Source: Octopus sinensis | Lineage: Eukaryota | Assembly (NCBI RefSeq): GCF_006345805.1 | Contig: NC_043016.1 | Location: forward strand, 23,250,001 to 23,314,000 | DNA: 64,000 bases | Direction of reading: 5' to 3' | Shown here: in pieces, positions 49,000 to 62,120 of the stretch | Numbering within the stretch: the first letter of the stretch is position 1 | How the letters are laid out: the number at the start of each line of letters is the position of its first letter | Position numbers and translations under genes: made by a program | Notes under the pieces: generated by a model | Told to the model about the DNA's origin: nothing | Databases searched by the model: none | Seen by the model: the letters and a program-made list of their open reading frames with translations, nothing else

Positions 49000-49570
49000 T
49001 GTCTAATGTTGTCAAGACCTTGGATAAAATCCAGGGGGAGTACCAGGCTTATCTACTGTCATGAAGTTGAAGGAAGCCAAGTTCAAACATCTCCTGTAGA
49101 CATGATACTGGCAGGCATCACAAAATGGTTTGGGTTCTTCCTAGAAGACCTGGAGTACCAGCTGGCCATTACCTTCCCCCTCAAGTTTCACCTGTTCTGG
49201 CTGGAGCAGAATAATAACAGCTAGGTTAGCAGAGTAATGAACACCATGGAGACCATTGTAGAGATAGCTATAATGGAGACCAATGAGGAGAGCAGCACCA
49301 CCAGCAATAAAGATGAAGATGATTTCTTCAGGAACATCACTCGGTTCTGGGAGAGCAGAAGCCACAGGTCACTGAAATCCAAGGTGCAGAATTTGGTGAA
49401 GACCTGGCTAGAGGCCATCTTGAAGGCGGTCCTGACTGAAGTTGCCTTTTTTTGGGTGAGCAGGTCTTGATTGACCTGTTTACCAAGTATAACACTGCAA
49501 TCCCAGCCAGTGCTGCAGATGATAACTCTGAGAGGCTGGTGTTTATGAAAGGCAACCAGCATCATATCAA
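49000..49570 (-). mobile_element. Decayed LINE reverse-transcriptase fragment
   Basis: Overlapping frameshifted ORFs with RT-like spacing (CTLDFS.., SDVPEE.., GVHYSAN); motifs are degenerate. Confidence 0.45.
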
Positions 49571-49741
49571 GGTGATGGAGAATGCTCAGCTAGATTAGTA
49601 CACCTTAATCATCAGCAGATCTTGGCATGATACCTATACTATACTATACCTTTTTGATTCATTTAATACTTTTTGTACAGTAAATAAGGTGTATATTGAC
49701 CAAAAAGCTAATGTTTAATTTCATTTGTTCATTTCAATATT

Positions 49742-50147
49742 TACTCTTTTACTTGTTTCAGTCATTTGACTGTGGCCATGCTGGAGCACCGCCTTTAGTC
49801 GAGCAAATCGACCCCGGGACTTATTCTTTGTAAGCCCAGTACTTATTCTATCGGTCTCTTTTGTCGAACTGCTAAGTGACGGGGACGTAAACACACCAGC
49901 ATCGGTTGTCAAGCAATGCTAGGGGGACAAACACAGACACACAAACACACACATATATATATATATATATATACACATATATACGACAGGCTTCTTTCAG
50001 TTTCCGTCTACCAAATCCACTCACAAGGCATTGGTCGGCCCTGGGCTATAGCAGAAGACACTTGCCCAAGATGCCATGCAGTGGGACTGAACCCGGAACC
50101 ATGAGGTTGGTTAGCAAGCTACTTACCACACAGCCACTCCTGCGCCT
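49742..50147 (-). mobile_element. SINE family A (young)
   Basis: Full-length copy. Confidence 0.9.
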
Positions 50148-51013
50148 ATTTGCGTACACCTTGATCATCATCTGATCTTGGCATACTGTATCTTTTTGGA
50201 AAGCTCTATGTCTAAGCTACATGAAAATTTCAGTTCTCTATGTCTGTTTTTAGGGGTTTTAGAGCCAAAAAACCCAAACTGAAACTAAACTCATATGACA
50301 GAAGTTAGTGGCTATCATTTTGCCTTCATGTTATCTTCTATTCTTCTTCTTGTACTTTAAGTGTATGCTCTGACACTTTGTCACTGCCATCTTTTGTTTC
50401 TATTTTCAGCTCCACCTGATTTACTTCCACTCACCCACAAGTAATATAGGATAATTTGCATCTTCTCCACTACAACAAATCTCTTCCTTTCCCTCCAATC
50501 ATTCTTTAACCTTTTAATATCTCACATGAAGTCAACTCCTTGTCTACTGTACTTCTCTGTCAAGGGAGCTCTTTGGTCATGTGAATTACATGGCAATCTT
50601 ACTAGTGCTTTTTTACCACCAAAAGCACCCAGTATACTCTGTGAATTGGTTGACATTAGAAAGAGCATTTGGCTGCTATTTTTAGTGTGGGAGTGTTCAG
50701 TCTTGCTGGAAATAAAACTCCACATCTTCAAAGTCTCAATTGTTGCAACAAGACCAAGTGAAATAAGAATTTCAAAAATTAAGCATCCAAATCTATTTTT
50801 ATATATACACCTGTATGTGTGTGTGTGTGTGTGTGTGTGTGAGTGTGTGTATGTATAGACACAGGCTCTGTGGTTGCTTCCCAACCACACGGTTCTGGGT
50901 TCAGTCCACTGCATGGCGCCTAGGACAAGTGTCTTCTGCTATAGCCTTGGGCCAACCGAAGCTTTGTGAATGGATTTGGTAGAAGGAAACTGAAAGAAGC
51001 CTGTCATATATAT

Positions 51014-51365
51014 TAGGTTGTCTGGAAAGCTCTGAGTGTTTTTCATATGCAAAATAGGATATAAATAATTGACCTTTCAATAAATTTTATTCAATGAAAT
51101 AATTTCCATTATTATCAATGACATTTGCCCATCTGTCAGACAGTTTAAATATTCCATCAGCATGAAATTTGACTTGTTTTAAAGAAAAAAAGTAATCTAG
51201 ATGCATTTTGACTCCATCTACATCATTGAATGTTTTTCCTTGCAATGAGTTCTGTAGAGACAAAAACAAGTTGTAGTCAGATGGCACAATATCAGGAGAA
51301 TATAGTGGTTGGAGTAAGAGATCACAGCCAAGTTCATGTAACTTTATTCGGATTGCCAAAGACAC
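51014..51365 (-). mobile_element. Mariner 3' fragment
   Basis: LLQPLYSPDIVPSDYNLFLSLQNSLQGKTF...GIFKLSDRWANVIDNNGNY; one TIR ttaggttgtctggaaag. Confidence 0.88.
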
Positions 51366-51437
51366 ACGTGGTCAAGTATTGTTTTATATTGTATATCTGT
51401 GTGTGTGTGTGTATGTGTGTCTCCTAATCCTGACATA

Positions 51438-51769
51438 CGAGGGGCGTTCAATAAGTAATGCTCCTGACCCACTTCCAATAGCAGTAGAGCAACGACACTT
51501 GGCACAGTTATTAGTCTTTTCCTACATAGGAACTACCCAGAGTTATGCATTTCTCCCATCGTTTGATACAGCTGTGGAGACCGTTTTTGTAGAAGGCTCC
51601 ATTTCACACTTGACTCAGTTCAAACACCTGTAAATCAGAAACCACAATTAATTCAGAGCTGTAATTCGCCACTTAATCTATAGAGGTATAAATAAGTGCA
51701 CATGCAAAATTTCAGCTAGATCAAACAACTGCAAGTGGGTCAGGGGCATTACTTATTGAACGCCCCTCG
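51438..51769. mobile_element. Mariner-derived MITE (332 bp)
   Basis: ~37-bp TIRs CGAGGGGCGTTCAATAAGTAATGC(T/C)CCTGACCCACTT with TA on both sides. Confidence 0.92.
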
Positions 51770-52199
51770 TAACATTGTAGTTGTAAACGAGGACCACTGT
51801 CATGCAAGTGGTGTCATTTGTTTATGATCTTCTCTGCAAGCATGTCCAGTCTTAGGGGAATATTTCTTTGCCTGGAAACACGCAACACGAAAAATATTTG
51901 GTTGTAGAAAACCTGCCTCAGTGAATTCTGTCTGATCCAGGCATACATGGGACAGAGGACATTAAAATGATGATGATGGTGATGATGACAGCGTTGGTGT
52001 TGGTAGTGGTGGTGGTGGTAACAATGATGATGGCGATGACACAAATGTGGGATAGATTGAAAGATAGCTTAAACATGTTTGTAACATTTATCGTAGTTCT
52101 GAAACTGGACGTAATGAATGTTACCAGGAGATATACTAAATGAAATAAACATTATGATTGTATGCTTAAGAGTTTTTACTTTGCAATCATGTGTCATCT

Positions 52200-52434
52200 A
52201 AGGTGGCAAGCTGGCAGAAACGTTAGCACGCTGGGCGAAATGCTTAGTAGTATTTCATCTGCCGCTACGTTCTGAGTTCAAATTCCGCTGAGGTCGACTT
52301 TGCCTTTCATCCTTTCAGGGTCAATAAATTAAGTACCAGTTGCGCTCTGGGGTAGATGTAATCGACTTAATCCGTTTGTCTGTCCTTGTTTGTCTCCTCT
52401 ATGTTTAGCCCCTTGTGGGCAATAAATAAATAAG
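52200..52434 (+). mobile_element. SINE family B, full length
   Basis: Consensus match. Confidence 0.9.
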
Positions 52435-52893
52435 AATCATGTGCTCATCTATGCTCAGACCCACTGTGTGGGGCCTTGGGTAATTGTCTTCTATTATAGT
52501 CGCAAGTTGATAACCTTGTGAGGGGAAACTGTGCAGAAGCCCATACTGTGTGTGTGTATGTGTTTGTGCATGTGTGTATGAGCGTGCATGCACTTATATG
52601 TGTGTATATATGCATGTTTGTGTGTGTGTGGGTGTATAAGTGCACATATATGTATGTATGTATGTATGTGTATGTGTTTGTGTTTCATCGATGTGCTAAC
52701 TGATAAACCTGTGTTTTCAAATAATAAAAAAAATACCTTGTGTATTATTTATTCTACCTGAATTATGCAGACACTCCCTTGTCAGTTTTACAGAAAATGC
52801 ATTGAACCAGAAATTAGAGCAATGAAATCCCTTAGCTAAAATGCTATTATTCACCAAAATAAAAATAACTGAATAAACACAGATTCATATATA

Positions 52894-53006
<113 letters not shown>

Positions 53007-53254
53007 TATAACACACACACATATAAAATCCAGAATGAAACATGCACCATGCTCTGGGATGGTTAACCCCTTTGTTACCATATTTCTCTTGAAATCTACT
53101 GCCTTTGTTTTAGTTAACTTTGAAAATGCTAAAGAATTTAGCAACAACTTGGTCATAATCAAGCTGGTTTTGAGAACATAAATCACTATGAGAAAGTTTT
53201 AATTTAGATCACTTTAACCCTTGTGTTATCGTGTTTCCATTGAAATATATAAAA

Positions 53255-53986
53255 TAATAATAATAATAATAATGAAATTATTATATACAGTGCTCAGGTG
53301 CACCACAACTTGTCAAAAGTGCATATAAATCATATGCAGGAAAGTGAACAGTGTATGAGTCAGATACATGCTTGTGTGTGTATAGAGGGGAGAAAATCAG
53401 GTGTAGTGTTGGCGAATCTCAGGAAGCATGGAACTTTTGAAGGATGCAGTGCTCCGACAACTAATAACAGATGCTGGCAGTTTGTTCCATGCTTCAGCAA
53501 CACTTAGCATGAAAAGAATGTTTCCGAAAGTCATGGGAGCTGTGCTGTTTTCTGACTTTGTAAACATGTCCACGGGTGTTAGACAGGTGGAGTTTGAAAA
53601 GGTGCTCAGAGTTATTGTTAGTAAGATGGTTAATAATTTTATGGGTGTCTGCCAAGTCAGCTGCCAGACTTCAGAGTTTTAATGTATCCATGCCCAGGGA
53701 AGTAAGGCATTCAGAATATGGCAAATGCCTGATGGAGGGTATTCTCTTGGTTGCTCATCGCTGAACGGTTTCCAGACGATTAATATCCTGGGCAAGATAG
53801 GGGTTCTAGACTGGTGATACAAATTCCAGGTGAGGCTGCACCATAGCTATATGAAGCCTCAGATAGATAGCCGGAGAGCGGCTCACAAAGGACTTGGTAA
53901 GTGATGCCAAGACACCTTCAGCCTTCTTGGCAATTTTAGCAATGTGTTTTGTCCAATGCAAATCGCTGTCGACAATAATACCCACT
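53255..53986 (-). mobile_element. CR1-type LINE 3' portion with (ATT)n tail
   Basis: GIIVDSDLHWTKHIAKIAKKAEGVLASLTKSFVSRSPAIYLRLHIAMVQPHLEFVSPVW is the CR1 RT C-terminal region. Confidence 0.9.
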
Positions 53987-54372
53987 ATCATTGCTTCAAC
54001 TAATTTTGAAAAGCATGAACAATATTTTGTAAAATAGCTTTGTTTGGAAGATAAATTAGCATGAAATTTTGATGGGAAATTTTAATTTAGATCACTATAA
54101 AATAAGAAGGTTGTAACATAAAGCCAAAGGCAATGGTTTCAGGTGAGTTGGTATCAAAAGGTTTAAGCACCGATGTGTTAGCAGCCATGTTTATTGTTCA
54201 ACAGTGCAAAGTAATTTATGACTGAACATCTTGATTGAAAATGAAAACCTGAGGTTAAAACCTTGTAAGTCGGAAACAAGAAACAGTTGTGCTTATTGTG
54301 CAATATCACAATACAACAAATTTATAGGGAAAAGGATGTTGCCGACTGAATTGGTTTTCAGTATATGACTAA

Positions 54373-54967
54373 TCTCTATATATATAAAGCTGAAGTTGTC
54401 TGTGTGTGGCAGGTTTAAGGTGGTGAGCTGGCAGAAATGTTAGCACGCCGGGCGAAATGCGTAGCCGTATTTCGTCTGCCGTTACGTTCTGAGTTCAATT
54501 TCCGCCGAGGTCGACTTTGCCTTTCATCCTTTTGGGGTCGATTAAATAAGTACCAGTTATGCACTGGGGTCGATATAATCGACTTAATCTGTTTGTCTCT
54601 CCTTGTTTTCCTCTCTGTGTTTATCCCCTTGTGGGTAGTAAAGAAATAGGTTTGGTAGCCTTCAACTAGCACTATCTCCTCTGAGACCCTGTGGGACAAG
54701 TTAACCAAAATTGAGAGTAGAAGGCTTGGACCATGTTAACACCAAAAATTATTTACATCAAAAAGGTACTTTTTTTCTATGAAAATCCCTATTTTTTAAT
54801 GATTTTTTTACTGCTGTGTCACCATTTTTCGGTGTATTTCAACCAGAAAAATGTTCACTTAAAGAGAATAACAAGCTACATAATGCAAAATTTTTACTTT
54901 TCAAATATTCCAATTCTAAAGGGTTGAAAAGAAAACAAGCCCGAGCAACACTGGGCTATACTGCTTG
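54373..54967 (+). mobile_element. Non-autonomous Helitron with nested family B SINE (54416-54652)
   Basis: a|TCTCTATATATATAAAG start; end cccgagcaacactggg...CTTG|t, the same 3' end as 34833. Confidence 0.82.
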
Positions 54968-55977
54968 TATATTAATATTATTGAATACACAAACACACTT
55001 GAAGAGGGAGACCGAGGATGACATGTTGATGTCCTAAGGATAGACACTAGTCTCTGGGAGACACAGGACATGGCAGCAATGATGGGGGACAAAGACCACT
55101 GGAGAGACTTGTCCATGGATCTTGGGAATTTTACCCACCCTAGATAGAAAGATATTTCATTTATTGACTGGCTCCCTTCTCTCATACTATTATCTCAATT
55201 CGGGTATAAATCCATCCCCTTGGGGTTTGTGGTCTTGCAAGTTGCACAGCAACATTACTGGTGCTGGTGCTATGTCAAAAGTACCCAGTGTACACTGTAA
55301 AGTGATTGGCATTAGGAAGGGTATTCGGCCATAGAATCCATGCTAAAGTGGAAACTGGGGTATGATGCAGTCCTTTGGCCCATTGACTCCTGTCAAGTCA
55401 TCCAACCCGTGTCAACATAGATATTGAAAGATGGGTGGTGGTGGTGGCAGTGGCAGTGGCAGTGGTCGTGGTGATGGTGGTGATGGTGATGATGGTGGTG
55501 GTGGTGATGATGATGATGTTGATGTTGCTATTGTTGTTGTTAATTGACTCCAAAAAAAATGTGAAAAGTAAACAGATTTTGGTGGCATTTGAACACAGAA
55601 CGTAATGGGGTGTAAATAAAAGTACTAATGTACTGTGCAAATACTAGTCAAGTGAGTGATAATGTATTCGATGTGGTGAACATAAAAATATTAGAATTAA
55701 TTAAATACGAAGAAAGGAAAAAAATAGATATACTGTATCCATTTGAGTACAATAGACTCTTGAATAGAATGTCTTCCCCCTAACTTCTAGCTTAAAGTCA
55801 GCAATGTATTTTGTCTGTTTACATAGTGCAACTTATAAGTGTGGGGAATGAAAATGTTTTCACATCAGGCAATCCTCAAAATTTATACATTTTAGATTTG
55901 CACGTCCCGAGATTTTGAAAGACTGAGGTGTATGAAATTTCAACAGAGAAATCTTGAGCAATGCCTGTATGTGCATA

Positions 55978-56049
<72 letters not shown>

Positions 56050-56132
56050 TGCAGGCATGCATACATACATACATACATACATACATACATACATACATAC
56101 ATACATACATACATACATACATACATACATAC

Positions 56133-56462
56133 GTGAAGGCAAATGGCTCAGTGGTTAGAATGTTGAACTTACGATTGTGAGGTTGTGAGTTTGAATCCCA
56201 GACCAGGCTGCGTGTTGTGTTCTTGAGCAAGACACTTTATTTCACATTGCTCCAGTTCACTCAGCTGTAGAAATGAGTTGCAACGTTACAGGTACCAAGC
56301 TGTAATGGCCTTTGCCTTTCCCTTGGTGGTATGGAGAGGAGAGGCCGGTATGCATGGGTGACTGCTGGTCTTCCATAAACAACCTTGCCCGGACTTGTGC
56401 CTGGGAGGGTAACTTTTTAGGTGCAATCCTATGGTCAGTCATGACTGAAGGGGGTCTCAAAA
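56133..56462 (+). mobile_element. SINE family C variant
   Basis: tRNA-like head ggctcagtggttagaatg...gtttgaatccc and ttcttgagcaagacactt core. Confidence 0.75.
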
Positions 56463-56492
56463 AATATATATGTGTGTGTGTGTGTATATATA

Positions 56493-56524
<32 letters not shown>

Positions 56525-56653
56525 TTTTAAACTTCTGTGTCACAATTTTTCGGTGTATTTCAACCAGAAAAATGTTCACTTAAAGAGAATAACAAGCTAC
56601 ATAATGCAAAATTTTTACTTTTCAAAAATTCCAACTCTAAAGGGTTGGATCCA

Positions 56654-56894
56654 GTTCTTGACTGAAGATTGAAGGCTTCGAATGTCCCGTCTGTGTTTTC
56701 TGTATCGTCTTCTAAATGTTTTATGTTCTTGTCCCAGTTTGTATTTTTCTACATATAATATATATAGCGGCGTCCATACCCTCTTTGGCCTTGTATGTAA
56801 GTACATATTCCTTTAAATTTGGTATGACTCTATAACACTGTCTCTCTCTCCTACATTTCTCTGCCTTTCACACTTTGCACTCTACTTTGATCTG

Positions 56895-56931
<37 letters not shown>

Positions 56932-57608
56932 CTCCTCCTTTTCTTTTTTCTTGCCTCTGATTCTTTGGTCTCCTCTTCCCCCACTCTCTCACATTTCTCT
57001 GTCTTTCTCACTTTGCACCTCACTGATTCTGTCGCCAAGCCAATCCTTGGCACGCTCTCTTTCTTCTCCCCTCTTTAATTCCTTCTTTCTCTCTCTTCTC
57101 CCCCCTTTGGTGTCTTCGTCCCTCTTTTTCTCTCTCTCTTTCTCTCTCTCTTTGATTCCTTTGCCCCCGTTTTTTTCCTCTCTCTTCTCCTCTCATGTGA
57201 CCGCTGGTCAACCAGCCTTTCGGCTTCTAACCAGCACCACGAGAACATCGTTGTCTTCGTCTGCCGAAAAAGGCATTTTTTTCCAAATACGCCAGCTAAA
57301 CTAAGTTGTACTGTCTATAGTCATAAGACACCCGCTGTTTTTGTCCTGTTATTACTATTATTGTTTTTTGTATTTATATTCGCGTGGCATCGTCCGTATA
57401 CATTCGATCCTTTTTCCAAGATATTTAATGCTCGTAGCTTAGTTTTTCCTTTGGGGCTGGCTGGATTGGAGCGATCTCAAGATTAACCAGCCGAAATTGC
57501 AAGTATGATTCGGTTCTTGACTGAAGATTGAAGGCTTCGAATGTCCCGTCCATGTTTTCTGTATCGTCTTCTAAATGTTTTACATTCTTGTCCCAGTTTG
57601 TATTTTTC

Positions 57609-57625
<17 letters not shown>
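56654..57625 (+). repeat. Penelope-LTR-like segment bounded by ~112-bp direct repeats (56654-56766, 57513-57625)
   Basis: The direct repeat gttcttgactgaagattgaaggcttcgaatgtcccgtc...tttttctacatataatatata is read directly; the class is inferred. Confidence 0.55.
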
Positions 57626-57673
<48 letters not shown>

Positions 57674-57691
57674 TGTATATATATATATATA

Positions 57692-57951
57692 AAATTTTCA
57701 GAATGAGATAAAAATCCAAGGCTGTGAAAGATTTCAGAACATTTATAATTAAGTCTTACAGCTGTTTCAGGATATTTTATATATCCCTTCATTGGAGACG
57801 GTGTGAGAAAATGGTTAAGCAACAGTTATTCTAGAATTATATAAAATATCCCGGATATATAAAATATCCTGGAAACAGCCGTAAGACCTATTTATAAATG
57901 TTCTGTAATTTTTAACACCCTTGGATTTTTATCTCATTCTGTTAATTTTTT
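57692..57951. repeat. Inverted repeat (~105-bp arms, imperfect) with a hammerhead motif
   Basis: The left arm is the reverse complement of the right arm. Confidence 0.85.
57753..57799 (-). ncRNA. Minimal type-I hammerhead motif with variant core (CCAAUGA)
   Basis: GUCU-CCAAUGA-A-GGGAUAU(auaaa)AUAUCCU-GAAA-C-AGCU-GUA-AGAC. Confidence 0.6.
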
Positions 57952-58280
57952 TACATATACACATGCTGACCTACGTTGGACTCCTCATTCGCATAATCAT
58001 CGAACCTGGAGCTTAACTACAGTCTGTCTACATAGCACTTACTCAGCATTACTTGACACCTTTGGGTCTTATTGACACCATTACCTCTCATAACATATAT
58101 ATATATATATGCTTTCAGTACAAATGTTTTTTTATACGGCGCTGAATTTACAATCCTGTAAATAATAATGATGGTATTTTTATATAAGCCTAAAGCTTAT
58201 GGCGATCACCATGCAATGACTAAGGAAAATAGTCTAATAATGGGGCATATAAGCTCTCATATATATATATATATATATAT

Positions 58281-58699
58281 TCTTTTACTCTTTTACTCTT
58301 TTACTTGTTTCAGTCATTTGACTGCGGCCATGTTGGAGCACCACCTTTTAGTCGAGCAACTCGACCCCGGGACTTATTCTTTTGTAAGCCCAGTACTTAT
58401 TCTATCGGTCCCTTTTGCCGAACCGCTAAGTTACGGGGACGTAAACACACCAGCATCGGTTGTCAAGCAATGCTAGGGGGACAAACACAGACACACAAAC
58501 ATATACACATACACATACATATATATACATATGTATGACGGGCTTCTTTCAATTTCCGTCTACCAAATCCACTCACAAGGCTTTGGTCAGCCCGAGGCTA
58601 TAGTAGAAGACACTTGCCCAAGGTGCCACGCAGTGGGACTGAACAAGGAACCATGCGGTTGGTAAACAAGCTACTTACCACACAGCCACTCCTACACCT
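58281..58699 (-). mobile_element. SINE family A (young)
   Basis: Full-length copy. Confidence 0.9.
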
Positions 58700-58709
58700 A
58701 TATATATAT

Positions 58710-58758
<49 letters not shown>

Positions 58759-59704
58759 ATATATGTATATATATATTTATATATATATATATGTATATAA
58801 GAAGATGTAGTTATGGGTGTTACATTGAGGAGGTAAAATTACTACGCATAAGCTCCATCATCGATTATGTAGTCCCTTTGTTAAAGATTATAAAAGGGGC
58901 ATTGTGAAGGGGAAATTTCACTGTTACTTTGAATAAAGAACAGTTGATTATATAGAAGTTTCGTCTCCTGTTCAAAGTGTATTTGTCACTATTTTAAAGA
59001 CAATGGGTTGTTTGTTGAGGAAAAATTTGGCTGTTATATTAGACAACCATCACTGCCTCACACTGTCTGCTGTAAAGATAGCAGAGAGGATGGGGAATTG
59101 TTATGTGAGTAAAGTCGAGTCACCGCAGTGCATTGCCTCCCTTTGATTGTTCCTTTTTTACATTGCTGTTATTTATTCCTTGATCAAGAAGATCTATTAT
59201 GAAATGCATTCCATTCATGACCACCCCATCCTTTACTTGCTTGTTGGGAACCCAGGGCTGCTTTATCCAGCGTATCCTTTTTTTTTCTGTGTAAGACAGT
59301 AAAGCTTCACTTGACAGACAGGTGGCTGTTATTTCTTGCAGGTCGAGACAACTAACAATATAGACACCCTCATTTCTTCTATGTTGAGGCACCAAGTGTG
59401 ACATTCCTCCCGTCATTTAATCTGTCAGTTGTTGAACGATGCATATTGAGTGTTATGCTTGAAATGCTAAATATTTTAATGTATGTTTTATGCTTTGGTT
59501 GGTAAATCCAACAATAACAACAAACTTGCCAACATCAACAACAACAACATGAGCAACAGCAACTGAAACTTGTTAAACTGGGTGGGATACAATACCCCCC
59601 CGTCAGTGAGTGAATCATATCAACACAATACAATTAAGTTAGGTTTTTTTAGCTAATATACGCATTTGTGCATGTATGTTTGTGTGTGTGTGTGTGTGTA
59701 TATG

Positions 59705-59743
<39 letters not shown>

Positions 59744-59811
59744 GTAGGTCCCGGGTTGAGTCGGGGTTAACCACAGTAAATAAGGTACTCAATACATAGC
59801 AGAGTAAATTA

Positions 59812-59922
59812 ATTTATTTTATAGAAGGAGCTTCTACAGGACTAGAACTGTTTCATTCAAAAGATGATTTCTTTTGAATGAAACAGTTCTAGTCCTGTAG
59901 AAGCTCCTTCTATAAAATAAAT
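59812..59922. repeat. Perfect hairpin, 53-bp arms, 5-nt loop (tgatt), within a short element between (TA)n tracts
   Basis: Arms 59812-59864 and 59870-59922. Confidence 0.95.
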
Positions 59923-59952
59923 ATATATATGTATATATATATATATATTGAA

Positions 59953-60003
<51 letters not shown>

Positions 60004-60126
60004 CACACACACGCATATATATATATATTTACACACACACACATATACACATATAAAAATAGATAGAAAAATCGAAAAATTGATATGATAAAAAGATGAT
60101 ACAGTTAAAATTTTTCAATGTTTTTG

Positions 60127-60157
<31 letters not shown>

Positions 60158-60654
60158 CGCACACACACACATGCGTACACAAAAACAAACTAGCAGACAG
60201 ACAGAAATGAATTATTTTACGGACATTTATTTTTTTTCAAACTGATGACTGTTCTGGTCCAGGTACTGCTGCTAACTTGAAGCAATGTAATTGCTAACAT
60301 CAAAAAAACATTTCTTTTTTTGGTATTAATACACATTCTCATTCAATAGTTGGCCTCATTTCACTGACTGCTCCAATTTTGTGCTGTAAACTTTATCCTT
60401 TAAGTATCGCTACAAAAGAAAATCTTGTAGACTGAAATCTGGTGAATGCAAGAGACAGTCTACTGAACCTCCTTGTCTAAACCAACTGTTTGGGAAAATC
60501 TCATCAAGGTTGGACCCTTACATTACTCTAGTAGTGTGGACGTGTTCAATCTTACTGGAAACAAAACTCCACATCTTCAAAGTATTGAATTCTTGGCATG
60601 ACAAATTGTTGCAGCAAGCCCAAGTGAAATAAGAATTTCAAAATTAAGCGTCCA

Positions 60655-60935
60655 TCACAATTTGAAGCACCATCGTTGGAATAGTTACATTCCAAGAATA
60701 GTCCATACTCTCAATGAAGATGATCCAGACTAATGGGTAAGGTTTTTGTGAGGGGTGCTTGACAAGATGTGCAGAAGCAGCACACATTCCAATAGAGGTT
60801 CTATGGAGTGATGAGGATACGTTGAAATTAAATGGCTCAATTAACCACCAAAAACTGCAGACCTGAGAATTTACCAGGAGTTTCAGTATGGTGTGGTTTA
60901 TCATCAAAGGATTAACTGGACCATTTTTTTTATGG
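60655..60935 (+). mobile_element. Decayed Tc1/mariner-superfamily transposase fragment
   Basis: LKHHRWNSY...LNEDDPD*..FCE...[21 protein letters not shown]...VSVWCGLSSKG.TGPFF. Confidence 0.7.
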
Positions 60936-61039
60936 TTCTGAGACTGGTCTCTTCACTTCCAAAATTAAATAGAATCTACAGACAGAATTTGATTTCAGAA
61001 ACAAACCTCTTAACCACAGAGCCATACTTGGGTTACTTA

Positions 61040-61385
61040 TGTATGCATACATACATGTACGTATGTATGTATGTATGTATGTATGTATGTATGTATGTAT
61101 GTATGTATGTATGTATGTATGTATATACGTATGTATGCACGCACGCATGCATGCATGCATGTATGTATGTACGTACGTACACATGCATGCATGTACGTAC
61201 GCATGCACACACGCATGCATGCATGTATGTACATATGTATGTATTCATGTATGAATGTATGTATGCATGCATAAATGTATGTATGTTTGTATGTATGTGT
61301 GTGTCTATATTAGTATGTATGAATGTTTGTATGTATGCATGTGTGTGCATTAAATCTTGCTTATACTGTATGTGTGTGTGTGTGT
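61040..61385. repeat. Compound (TATG)n/(TGCA)n microsatellite
   Basis: Direct reading. Confidence 0.95.
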
Positions 61386-61554
61386 TACACTGATTCTCTA
61401 TGTACACAGAAGATGAACATGGCCCTTCATTCATGAACTCTTTCCACTATCATTCAACTTGTATATATTTGAGACCATGTGTAAAGGTATATAAAGTTAC
61501 AGTTTCGTTCTATGAATTCATTGTACCATGTTTCTTTATCAAATGACTTATTAC

Positions 61555-62120
61555 AGCCTTCTGAACAGAGTCACCATTAGATGGCTTCACAGTGAGAACG
61601 GCACCATCTAAAATGGTAACCCCTCGTTCCTGAATATCACCGTTGTACTGTTTTTGAAGCACTGCATTCACTGTCACACCCTGGCATTGTGGCCACACAA
61701 TGCTTATCTTGGCCCACTTTTTCTGGTGTCAGTCTATTACTGCTTGGTCACATGCCTATCTATCTACCATGTCAGTGTTCCAAGGTGCATCATCACATGT
61801 AAGCATCCCTTGGACACTTCCAGCCACTGGACACCAAGTTCTGTCAAATACACATTGACCTGGTTGGTCCTTGGCCGGTCAGTTGCAGATCTACTTATAT
61901 ATTGACCTGCTTCAATTGCTTCTCCAGATGGCCTGAAGCCATCTCTCTTGTGGACATTTCCATGACCAGAGCACTCATCTCCAGGTGGATATCTTGCTTC
62001 AGAGCACCCTCTAGAATTACCACTGACCATGGATGCCAATTTGAAGCTTGTCTGTTCCGTGAGCTTTCGAGATTGCTCGGAGTTCAGCACATCCACACCA
62101 TATGATACCATCCCATCGCC
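61555..62120 (+). mobile_element. Gypsy LTR-retrotransposon integrase fragment (decayed)
   Basis: VPEYHRCTVFEALHSLSHPGI (H2C2 zinc finger), IHIDLVGP, FSRWPEAI, WISCFRAPSRITTDHGCQFE, LLGVQHIHTI*YHP. Confidence 0.9.

Noticed and set aside
59341-59394. Plus-strand acceptor ttatttcttgcag| with 18 open codons (VETTNNIDTLISSMLRHQ)
   Set aside because: The donor is weak (gtgtga), no partner exons were found on the plus strand, and such hits are expected by chance.
61510-61698. Protein-like minus-strand ORF YNGDIQERGVTILDGAVLTVKP
   Set aside because: It is the antisense shadow of the plus-strand Gypsy integrase zinc-finger region.
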